Positions 1 to 8,291 of a stretch of 64,000 nt of DNA are shown here, piece after piece. The first letter of the stretch is position 1; each line of letters opens with the position of its first letter. The stretch is from Chloracidobacterium sp. (GTDB taxonomy: Bacteria > Acidobacteriota > Blastocatellia > Pyrinomonadales > Pyrinomonadaceae): positions 547-64,546 of the forward strand of contig JANYIL010000258.1 of the NCBI GenBank assembly GCA_025362075.1, given 5' to 3'. The translations under genes and the position numbers were made by a program. The notes under the pieces are model-generated. The model was not told the origin of the DNA. It ran no database searches and saw only the letters and a program-made list of their open reading frames with translations.

Positions 1-1
1 T

Positions 2-775
2 GCCGGTAAGACGACATTTTTGCGAATGCTGACGACCGAACTGAAACCGACAGCCGGCGAGGTCAATATTTTCGGCACCGACGCCATCGCCGACCCGCGA
101 AAGGCAAAGACAAAGATCGGCGTCACGCCCCAGGAAGCGGGGGTTTTTGAAACTTTGAAAGGAAACGAGCATCTCGAGCTTTTCGGCCGGCTTAAAGGGT
201 TGGCGAAAAACGAGGCCCGGTCACAGTCCGAGCGGATACTCGCCGATCTCGGTCTCTCCGAGAGTGCGAAAAAACGCGTCGGCGACCTGTCGGGCGGACA
301 GCGGCGGCGGCTGTTGATCGGCCTCGCCCTGATCGGCAATCCGCCATTGCTCATCCTGGACGAACCGACGACGGGCCTCGACCCGGTCTCGCGGAGACAG
401 GTCTGGGACCTGCTCAAACGGGTCGTGGCGGCGGGAACGACGCTCATTTTTTCGACGCATTATATGGAAGAGGCCGAGCAACTCAGCGACCGGATTGCGT
501 TAATCAACGCGGGAAAGATCGTCGCCCTCGGAACGCTGCCGGAATTGCAAAGCCGTTTTCCGCTTCGCTATCGGCTCAAGTTTACGGGCGACGCGGTAAT
601 GAGGAGCACTAAAACACTCTTTTTCGAGAAATTCGAAGAGGTTCAGAGTTTTATTGAAAATACGGCACCGGTCGAATATCAGATCTCGACGTCGTCCCTC
701 GAGGATGTCTATTTTTCAATAGTTGGCGAGGAACTTAGTTCAAACGGGAACGGCGATGGCCGTGTTAGTAAATGA
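2..775 (+). CDS. ABC transporter ATP-binding protein (5' end outside window)
   Basis: The frame enters from the window edge as AGKTTFLRML (end of Walker A). LSGGQRRRL signature and LLILDEPTTGLD Walker B are present. The stop overlaps the next start (ATGA at 772-775). Confidence 0.9.
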   Translation, partial: AGKTTFLRMLTTELKPTAGEVNIFGTDAIADPRKAKTKIGVTPQEAGVFETLKGNEHLELFGRLKGLAKNEARSQSERILADLGLSESAKKRVGDLSGGQRRRLLIGLALIGNPPLLILDEPTTGLDPVSRRQVWDLLKRVVAAGTTLIFSTHYMEEAEQLSDRIALINAGKIVALGTLPELQSRFPLRYRLKFTGDAVMRSTKTLFFEKFEEVQSFIENTAPVEYQISTSSLEDVYFSIVGEELSSNGNGDGRVSK

Positions 776-1536
776 TGAGACGTTTGTCCGACATCTACTG
801 TATTTTTCGCATTCATCTCGCCCGGCTGCGGGCCGAGAGCGGACCGTTTTTGCTGGCGGCGATCGTTTTTCCGCTCGGCATGTATTTCTTTGCCAACGGC
901 GTGGTCAGGCAAGACCCGAACGAATTCATCCCTAATTACATCAAGGTCCATTTTGTCTCAGCCTCGCTTGTATTTTCGCTCTCGCTGACGGCGATCAGTT
1001 GGTTTGGCTATCTGCTGCTTGAGAATCGGTTTACCGGACGGCTAAAGCTATTTGCCGTGCTGCCGGTCGCGTCGTCGTCGTACATTCTCGGCGTCATGGT
1101 CTTTGCCCTCGGTCAGGGTGTGGTCGGCAGCTTTTCGCTTCTGCTGGCTGCACGGCTGCTGGGTGTTGATTTTACCGTTAATAGTTTCGAAAGCGTATTT
1201 TTGCTGATAATCGTCGTTTTGCTTGCGATTTTTTCGCTGGCGGGTTTAAGCGTTGTATTGGCCCATCGCGTGCGGAGCTTTGCAGCGGGATCCCTGATGA
1301 CCGATGCCCTCGGTGGTGGACTGGTGCTGCTGGCGCCGATCTATTATCCCGCCGAAACGTTGCCGGTCGCTTTTCGTTGGGTGTCTAAGGCCCTGCCCAC
1401 CACCTATATCTTTCAGGCGATCAACAAGATATTGACGGGCGATCTCGTGATCGGGACCGAACTCACGGTCCTGTGCGGAATGGCCGCAGTTACGCTTTTT
1501 ATTGGATTTTGGCAATTGTCGTGGAGGGAGGCTTAG
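772..1536 (+). CDS. ABC-2-type transporter permease
   Basis: 254-aa polytopic membrane protein with about 6 hydrophobic helices. It is translationally coupled to the preceding ATPase, a DrrAB-like exporter arrangement. Confidence 0.8.
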   Translation: MMRRLSDIYCIFRIHLARLRAESGPFLLAAIVFPLGMYFFANGVVRQDPNEFIPNYIKVHFVSASLVFSLSLTAISWFGYLLLENRFTGRLKLFAVLPVASSSYILGVMVFALGQGVVGSFSLLLAARLLGVDFTVNSFESVFLLIIVVLLAIFSLAGLSVVLAHRVRSFAAGSLMTDALGGGLVLLAPIYYPAETLPVAFRWVSKALPTTYIFQAINKILTGDLVIGTELTVLCGMAAVTLFIGFWQLSWREA

Positions 1537-1553
1537 AGGTGGCGGAGCGAATA

Positions 1554-3860
1554 ATGGTCATCACGCTTTCTTTCGGCTCGGGCCACGTCACGGCCGCCCG
1601 CGCGGTCGCCTCGGCACTGGGCCGCGAATCCGCCGGTAGCGAGGTCCGCCTCGTCGATGCTCTGGAGAATTGCCACCCACTGTTCCGAATGTTTTACGTC
1701 TGGCCATATTGGGCGATGATCCGTTTTGCCCCGGCGTTGTGGAAACGGTTTTTCGAACGCCGCGTTGCCCAGCGAAAGGCCGGAACAGCACCGGTTTGGG
1801 CATGGTGGTTCGGGTGTAAGCGGCTGTTTCGCGAGATCGAGTCGTTCGACCCCGACGTGATCGTCTGCTGCGAGGTCGGGGCGTGCGAGATCGGCGTGAT
1901 CGCCCGGCGCAAAGGCTTAACGCAGGCATCAATCGTTAATACCATTACGGACTTCGAGGCCGAGCCGATCTGGATCCAGCCGGAGGTTTCGTCCTACGCC
2001 GTCGCAAGCGAATCGGTAGCGAGCCAACTGCGTGAGTGGGGAGCACCGGCGGATGCAATCAATTTCGTCGGCATCCCTCTGAATGAAAAATTTCGGGCGG
2101 ATGTGAATATTGACGACGCCCGGGCCTCATTTGGTTTCGATGAGCGGCCGGTCGTTTTGTTGATGGGTGGTGGAATGGGGCCGACGAATATGGACCTCGT
2201 CGCCAAAGGATTACTGGCGACCGGAAACGGTATGCAGATCGTGGCCTTGCCCGGAAAGGATAAGCGGGTGCGCCGTCGCCTCAACTATCTTAGCGGCAAT
2301 GGTGACGCACTTTTGCGAGTGCTGGATTGGACGGACGATATCGCCGCATTGATGAAGATCTCATCCGTGCTCGTCACCAAACCCGGCGGCGTGACGCTGG
2401 CCGAGGCGGCGGTTTGCGGCCGGCCGATGGTATTTTTTGACGCGATCCCGGGGCCCGAGGAGACGAACGCACGGCAGTTTGTCGAGGCCGGGGCAGCCCG
2501 ATTGACCGGCTCGGCGGCGGAAACGGTTGCTGTGGTGGCAGGTCTTTTACAGGACGATTCGACGCGTAAAAGAATGGCCGAAAACGCGGCGGCCCTCGCC
2601 CGTCCGGACGCCGCCGAACAGATCGCGAGGATCGCGCTTGAGGCAAAGAGCGACGACGGGCCGGTATTGATCGTCGCTATTTCAAACGGCGCGGGCCATA
2701 CCCGCGTCGCCAACGGCATCGCCGAGACGATCAGGCTGCGGGAACCGGGACGGCAGGTGAAGGTCGTCGATGTCGCCGATTATATGTCGCGGATCGCGCG
2801 TTTTACGCACGTCACGGCGTATCTGTGGATCGTAAAAAATGCTCCGGCGATCTGGGGGCGGATCGACCGCTATCAAAAAGGTCAGGAGAGCACGAGCCCC
2901 GACTGGTTTTACCGGCGCAATTGCCGAAAAATATTCGACCTTGCCCGGTCGATGCGTCCCTCGGCGATCGTCGCGACCGAGGTCGGCTGCTGTGAGATCG
3001 CCGCTTTGATCAAGCGTGACCTGGGCCTCGATGTGCCGCTCGTGGCCGTGAACAGCGACCCCGATACCGACAAGGCCTGGGTCAAACCCGAGGTGGACCT
3101 TTATTGTTTTGCGACGGGGACATGCGTGGACGAACTGGTAAGCCATGGCGCCCGCCGCGACCGCATCGTCGATTGGGGGCCTGTTCTGGCAAGTGGATTT
3201 GCAGGCGGACGTGACCGCGAGGCCGACCGTCTGGAGGTTTGCCGCAATTTCGCGCTCGACCCCAGCCGGCCCATCATCCTGATCGCCGGCGGAGGCGAGG
3301 GTATTGGCCGGATCGAGGAGATCGCCGGGCGTTTGGCCGAGGCACGGCTCGATACGGCTCCGCAGTTTGTGGTGCTGACCGGCACGAATGAGCGGCTGCG
3401 TGACAGATGTCTGCGGCTAATCAATCGGGAAAACGCCGACAGCCTGTGCGTTCCCGGCTGGATCGACGAACGTCAGATGCCCCGGCTCATGGGTGCGGCG
3501 GATCTGCTGGTGTCAAAGCTCGGCAATATGTTTAACGAGGCGGTCGCCTCCGAGCTGCCGCTGATCGCTCTCGAACCGCCGCCGGGGGCCGAACGGCTGC
3601 AATACAATTTGCTGGCGCAGTGGAATGTCGGACGGCCGGTCAAAACGATCGACGAGCTTGTAGAAACGGTTCTCAGGCTTCTCAATGAGCCCGGCGAGAG
3701 CGAGGAAATGCGTGAGAACGCCCGCATTTATGGCAGAAAAGATGCATCCGCGCGTCTGGCGGATTGGTTAAGTATCAATGGTCGCGGCGTGAGTTCGCGG
3801 GCGGTCGAGGAGACGGAGACTTACAGGGGCCGAGAGGTCTCGTCGGGATTGGTGGTTTAG
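1554..3860 (+). CDS. Tandemly duplicated MGDG-synthase/GT28-like glycosyltransferase (two complete GT units in one polypeptide)
   Basis: The start is moved to the ATG of MVITLSFGSGHV. Two homologous halves begin with (F/N)G(S/A)GH(V/T)..A and each carries a GGG(M/E)G loop and a C-terminal GT28-like region. The second half starts at PVLIVAISNGAGHTRVANGI. Confidence 0.75.
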   Translation: MVITLSFGSGHVTAARAVASALGRESAGSEVRLVDALENCHPLFRMFYVWPYWAMIRFAPALWKRFFERRVAQRKAGTAPVWAWWFGCKRLFREIESFDPDVIVCCEVGACEIGVIARRKGLTQASIVNTITDFEAEPIWIQPEVSSYAVASESVASQLREWGAPADAINFVGIPLNEKFRADVNIDDARASFGFDERPVVLLMGGGMGPTNMDLVAKGLLATGNGMQIVALPGKDKRVRRRLNYLSGNGDALLRVLDWTDDIAALMKISSVLVTKPGGVTLAEAAVCGRPMVFFDAIPGPEETNARQFVEAGAARLTGSAAETVAVVAGLLQDDSTRKRMAENAAALARPDAAEQIARIALEAKSDDGPVLIVAISNGAGHTRVANGIAETIRLREPGRQVKVVDVADYMSRIARFTHVTAYLWIVKNAPAIWGRIDRYQKGQESTSPDWFYRRNCRKIFDLARSMRPSAIVATEVGCCEIAALIKRDLGLDVPLVAVNSDPDTDKAWVKPEVDLYCFATGTCVDELVSHGARRDRIVDWGPVLASGFAGGRDREADRLEVCRNFALDPSRPIILIAGGGEGIGRIEEIAGRLAEARLDTAPQFVVLTGTNERLRDRCLRLINRENADSLCVPGWIDERQMPRLMGAADLLVSKLGNMFNEAVASELPLIALEPPPGAERLQYNLLAQWNVGRPVKTIDELVETVLRLLNEPGESEEMRENARIYGRKDASARLADWLSINGRGVSSRAVEETETYRGREVSSGLVV

Positions 3861-3863
3861 GCG

Positions 3864-4634
3864 ATGAATACCGTATTAATTTTCGCAATATTCGCGGTGA
3901 CGACGGCTACCCTGGTTGCGGCGCTCGTTTATTACGCGGCGTATGGTATTCGGTCGCAGCTATTCGGGCAAACGGTCTGGCGGGGGCGAACGGATACCAA
4001 TGCGGTGGCCCTGACATTCGACGACGGCCCCGGAAAGGACACGCCGGCACTGCTCGACGTTTTACGCAAACATAACGTCAAAGCCACGTTTTTCCTGATC
4101 GGCAGCCGGGTCGAGCAATTTCCACGTATCGCCCAGCGGATCGTCGCCGAAGGCCACGAGATCGGAAATCACTCGTTTTCGCACCGGATATTTTTGTACT
4201 GTTCGCGGCGGCGAACCGAATTTGAGATGAACAAGGCCCAGGAGATCATCACCAGCACGACAAAGATCGCACCGCGGATCGCGCGGCCGCCGTGCGGCGT
4301 ACGGACGCTGTCGTATTTCAATGCCACGCGAAAACTGAGGCTCAAGACCGTCCAGTGGACGACCGCCGGTTTTGACTGGAAAAAATGCACGGCCGACGAC
4401 ATTGCCAGGGCCGTGGTCGGCGATGCGACCGCCGGTTCGATCATCCTGCTCCACGACGGCGACAGCGAAGGCAAAGCGAGCCGCAAGGCGACGGTCGATT
4501 CGATCCCGCTGATCCTGGCGGCGCTGCGGGAGAAAAATCTCGAGATCGTTTCGCTGAGAAAGCTTTTATCACCACCGGAGACAAAAGAAGAGAAAGGAGA
4601 ATTGCTCCATCAAATTTCGCTTGGGAGCACCTAA
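3864..4634 (+). CDS. Polysaccharide deacetylase (NodB homology domain), N-terminal membrane anchor
   Basis: NodB motifs are present: ALTFDDGP, IGNHSFSH, RPPCG and ILLHDG. There is an N-terminal TM helix. Confidence 0.85.
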   Translation: MNTVLIFAIFAVTTATLVAALVYYAAYGIRSQLFGQTVWRGRTDTNAVALTFDDGPGKDTPALLDVLRKHNVKATFFLIGSRVEQFPRIAQRIVAEGHEIGNHSFSHRIFLYCSRRRTEFEMNKAQEIITSTTKIAPRIARPPCGVRTLSYFNATRKLRLKTVQWTTAGFDWKKCTADDIARAVVGDATAGSIILLHDGDSEGKASRKATVDSIPLILAALREKNLEIVSLRKLLSPPETKEEKGELLHQISLGST

Positions 4635-4636
4635 AT

Positions 4637-5392
4637 ATGAAAACGACCAACCTAATGAGCATTTTTGAGGGAGCGGTTCCGCCGGTCTTGTTTCTGGATT
4701 TTGACGGAACGCTGTCGAAACGCGACGTTATCGACGCGATCCTCGAAAAATTTGCCGATGAAAAATGGCTTGAGATCGAAAAAGAATGGGTCGAGGGCCG
4801 GATCGGCTCGCGCGAGTGCCTGCGGCGGCAATTTGACCTGCTGCGGGTGACGCCCTTTGTGCTCGACGGTTATCTGAGCGAATTCGAACTCGACCGGGGT
4901 GTCGTGTCGCTGCTCGATTTTTGCGGCAAAGCGGGTATTCCCGTCCATATCGTCAGCGACGGGTTTGAATATTACATCCGCCGGATGCTCAAAAAAGGCA
5001 TCGCCGATCCCGAAAAGACACAAAATATCGGTATCTGGGCAAACGAACTGACGCCCGTCGGCAAAGATCGTTGGACGACCGAATTCCCGCATACGCCTCA
5101 GGTTTGCGGTGACGGCTGCGCGACGTGCAAACCATCGGTCATCGCCAGCGAAAATCTGTTTGCCTCCCCGTCGATCTTTGTCGGTGACGGGTTGTCGGAC
5201 CGCTTTGCCGCACAGGCGGCGGACATTGTATTCGCCAAGCATAAGCTGGCCGATTTTTGCCGGACAAATGAGATCGCCCACGAAAGGTACGAGGACCTCG
5301 GCCAGGTTGCCGAATGTCTGCGACGAGCTTACGAATCTGTCAGCATCCCCGCTAATTGGGGGTTGCCGCAATTGGAGCTGATCCCGGCGTAA
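4637..5392 (+). CDS. HAD-IB family phosphatase, MtnX/PSP-like
   Basis: The ATG at MKTTNL replaces the Arg-rich upstream extension given in the ORF track. HAD motif I is LFLDFDGTL, with VSDGF and a late GDGLSD. The Cys cluster CGDGCATCKPS matches what I recall for MtnX-type enzymes. Confidence 0.7.
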   Translation: MKTTNLMSIFEGAVPPVLFLDFDGTLSKRDVIDAILEKFADEKWLEIEKEWVEGRIGSRECLRRQFDLLRVTPFVLDGYLSEFELDRGVVSLLDFCGKAGIPVHIVSDGFEYYIRRMLKKGIADPEKTQNIGIWANELTPVGKDRWTTEFPHTPQVCGDGCATCKPSVIASENLFASPSIFVGDGLSDRFAAQAADIVFAKHKLADFCRTNEIAHERYEDLGQVAECLRRAYESVSIPANWGLPQLELIPA

Positions 5393-5413
5393 GGGTCCCG
5401 GATATTTACATTT

Positions 5414-6838
5414 ATGACAACAACAAATACACAAGTGAAGCTGCACCAAATCGAACGCCGCCATACCGAGGCTGAATTGCTGGAGATGGAAAACAAATAC
5501 TGCTCGTTTGGCGACACCGTCCATTACCTCGAACCGCCAAAATTTTTTGAGCGTGCCGAAGGCAGCTATCTTTACGACAGCGACGGAACGGCGTTTCTCG
5601 ATCTGCAAATGTGGTATTCGGCGGCGAGCTTTGGCTACGGCAATCAGCGGCTCAACAACGCTCTAAAAAATCAGATCGACACGCTGCCGCAGCTCGCTTC
5701 CCAATATCTTCACACGGAAAAGGTCGAGCTGGCGACGATGATCGGACGGCTGAACGAATCGAAGTTCGGCGAAACGGGCCGCGTTCATTTCAACGTCGGC
5801 GGTTCGCAGGCCGTCGAGGACAGCTTAAAGCTTGTGCGGAATGAGACGGGCAAGAGCCTCGTGTTCGCGTTCCAGGGAGGCTATCACGGACGCACGCTCG
5901 GGGCGTCGGCGATAACGTCCAGTTTCCGCTACCGCCGCCGTTACGGCCATTTTAGCGACCGGGCCCACTTTGTTCCGTTTCCCTATTGTTTCCGCTGCCC
6001 TTACGACAAAAAGCGTGACACATGCGAGCTTTATTGCGTCGATCAGTTCGCTAAAAATTTCGACACCGAGTACAACTCGTTCTGGGACGCCAAGGCACAG
6101 GAATCCGAGTTTGCCGCATTTTATGTCGAGGCCATTCAGGGCACCGGCGGTTACGTCATCCCGCCTGACGGTTATTACCCGGCCCTTAAGAAGATCCTCG
6201 ACGAGCGAAATATTTTGATGGTCGATGACGAGATCCAGATGGGTTTCTATCGGGCGGGCAAGTTCTGGGCGATCGAAAATTTTGGTGTCACGCCCGACAT
6301 AATCGTCTTTGGCAAGGCCCTGACGAACGGGCTAAATCCGCTGTCGGGTGTCTGGGCGAAGGAAGGTTTGATCACGCCGGAGAAGTTTCCGCCGGGATCG
6401 ACCCATTCGACATTTTCGTCGAATACGCTCGGAACGGCGGTGGCTCTCGAGCTGCTCCAGATGATGGAGGAGATCGACTACGAAAAGATCACGCGTGAAA
6501 AAGGCGCCTATTTTCTCGCTCAGATCAAGGAATTGCAGCGTAAGTACCCCAAGGTCATCGGTGATACCGATGGCATGGGCATGGCCCTGCGGATCGAGAT
6601 CTGTCAGGAGGATGGCTACGCTCCCGACCGCGAGCTGTGCGACAAGATCTTTGCGGAGGGCATGAAGGGCGACCTCGATATTCGCGGCAAAAAAATGGGA
6701 TTGGTTTTGGATGTCGGCGGTTATTACAAAAACGTATTTACTCTTGCGCCGTCGTTCGAAATAACAAATGACGAGATCGACCTTTCGATGGAGATGTTCG
6801 AAATGCTGATCCGCCGCTGTGCACCGGAGAGGGTCTAG
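5414..6838 (+). CDS. Class-III (PLP-dependent) aminotransferase
   Basis: GGSQAVEDSLK, FQGGYHGRT, MVDDEIQMGFYRAG and the PLP-lysine context IIVFGKALTNG are present. The stop abuts the next start (6838/6839). Confidence 0.85.
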   Translation: MTTTNTQVKLHQIERRHTEAELLEMENKYCSFGDTVHYLEPPKFFERAEGSYLYDSDGTAFLDLQMWYSAASFGYGNQRLNNALKNQIDTLPQLASQYLHTEKVELATMIGRLNESKFGETGRVHFNVGGSQAVEDSLKLVRNETGKSLVFAFQGGYHGRTLGASAITSSFRYRRRYGHFSDRAHFVPFPYCFRCPYDKKRDTCELYCVDQFAKNFDTEYNSFWDAKAQESEFAAFYVEAIQGTGGYVIPPDGYYPALKKILDERNILMVDDEIQMGFYRAGKFWAIENFGVTPDIIVFGKALTNGLNPLSGVWAKEGLITPEKFPPGSTHSTFSSNTLGTAVALELLQMMEEIDYEKITREKGAYFLAQIKELQRKYPKVIGDTDGMGMALRIEICQEDGYAPDRELCDKIFAEGMKGDLDIRGKKMGLVLDVGGYYKNVFTLAPSFEITNDEIDLSMEMFEMLIRRCAPERV

Positions 6839-8230
6839 ATGTTGTTAGCAAAAATAACCGAGCAGGTCGAAAAATTGGCGTTGCGGACCAATCCACAGTA
6901 TGCAATTACCCTGTTGGGCAAGATGCCGCCGTCGGTAATGGCCAGCCTCCAGCGGCGGCGTTTTCGCGAGACGTTAAAAATTGCCAACCGGACGCCGTTT
7001 TACAGCAAGCAATTTCGGCGACGGAATATCGACATCCGAAAAATTTCGCATCCCGCCGAATTGGGTGATTTTTTTACGACGAGCGACGATCTGAAAGTGT
7101 ACGGCGCCGAGGCGTTTCTCGCCGGCAGGCCCGATACCGTTTTTGAGACGACCGGCACGACATCGGCTGTGCCAAAGCACATATATTTCTCAAACAGCGA
7201 GCTAAACCAGATGGGCCGGATGAGCGCTCTAGGCCTGTATCAACTCGGGCTCCGGCGTGAGGATCGGGTGCTGAGCGCCTTTGACGTGTCGTTTTGGGTG
7301 TCGCCGGCGGTCGTGCGGACGGCGTTTCAATATCTCGGCTGTTTTCACGCCGAGGCGGGCAAGATATCGCCGCTCGAATTTTATGAGCGGGCCGTGATTT
7401 ACAAGCCGACCGTAATTTTCGGTGAGCCCTCATGGCTTGTGCGGCTAACGGAGATCGCCGAAAAACGCGGCATCTGGCCGGTAAAATTTATCTTTGCGGG
7501 CGGCGAAAATATCGCCGAGGACACGCGTTCCGAGGTCGAACGCGTCTGGAATGCTCCGTTTCATCTGAATTACGGGCAGACCGAATCCTTTGGGGTGATC
7601 GGCGTCGAATGTGCCGAGCACGATGGCTATCACCGCAACGACATGAATTTCTTTTTCGAAACGCCTGAATCCAATGAGGACGGTGAAGGCGAATTAGTAT
7701 ATACAACGTTGACGCGGAACGTGATGCCGCTGATACGTTATCGCTCAACCGACGTGACGCGAATGGTCGACGAGCGTTGCAAATGCGGCCTCTTTGCCAA
7801 ACGCATCGCCAAGATCCGCGGCCGTGTCGACGAAATGATCGTGTGCGGCATGGGCAATATCAGCCCGTGGGTCTTTGCCGAGCTGATGAACGGCGTGCCG
7901 AACGCAACCGACGAATGGCAGGTTCGCATCTGGCACGAGAACCGCCGGGACGTTGTAGATATCCGCGTCGAAGCTAGCGGACTAAACGTCCCCGGCGTGC
8001 ATCAAAAGCTAATAGACGACATACGGCAGAATATGCGAATGAGATTTCCGGACTTTCAGAAGAATCTTGATATGAGGCTTTATGAGCTTCGCATTACCGG
8101 CGTCGAACGGGGCAGCTTGCGGACGGGCCGCAAACTTAGGCGGCTGATCGCTCTCGACGCGCCGCCGCGTGAGACCGAGTACGCCGATCGGGACGCTCTG
8201 GCGCAGGATATTGAGCTAGTCATTGGGTGA
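6839..8230 (+). CDS. Adenylate-forming ligase of the PaaK / coenzyme-F390-synthetase / CapK family
   Basis: The P-loop-like motif is TTGTTSAVPKHIYFS. Length (~460 aa) and layout are typical of COG1541-type ligases. This is a motif-level call only. Confidence 0.65.
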   Translation: MLLAKITEQVEKLALRTNPQYAITLLGKMPPSVMASLQRRRFRETLKIANRTPFYSKQFRRRNIDIRKISHPAELGDFFTTSDDLKVYGAEAFLAGRPDTVFETTGTTSAVPKHIYFSNSELNQMGRMSALGLYQLGLRREDRVLSAFDVSFWVSPAVVRTAFQYLGCFHAEAGKISPLEFYERAVIYKPTVIFGEPSWLVRLTEIAEKRGIWPVKFIFAGGENIAEDTRSEVERVWNAPFHLNYGQTESFGVIGVECAEHDGYHRNDMNFFFETPESNEDGEGELVYTTLTRNVMPLIRYRSTDVTRMVDERCKCGLFAKRIAKIRGRVDEMIVCGMGNISPWVFAELMNGVPNATDEWQVRIWHENRRDVVDIRVEASGLNVPGVHQKLIDDIRQNMRMRFPDFQKNLDMRLYELRITGVERGSLRTGRKLRRLIALDAPPRETEYADRDALAQDIELVIG

Positions 8231-8291
8231 GATTTTGAGGCATAATACTGGGTTAATCGTAAATTTAGCGGCAATTGATCGGCCGCAGAAT

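Noticed and set aside
4385-4636. N-terminal extensions offered by the ORF track: 4385 for the HAD gene, 1473 for the GT, 8223 for the receptor, 53589 and 57785 for downstream genes, and 16923 for the ligase.
   Set aside because: The extensions overlap upstream genes or repeat elements, are compositionally odd, and often begin with non-ATG codons. Internal ATGs give proper signal peptides or domain starts with sensible spacing.
4652-5608. Long antisense or alternative-frame ORFs in the track, such as 4652-5608(-), 9261-10031(-), 13269-13934(+), 23093-23785(-), 39202-39753(+), 54645-55685(-), 56580-57503(-), 58626-59426(-) and 62887-63552(+).
   Set aside because: Each lies wholly inside a gene on the other strand or frame that has clear family motifs. 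Their translations are Arg/Pro/Ser-rich low-complexity sequence, typical of shadow ORFs in high-GC DNA.
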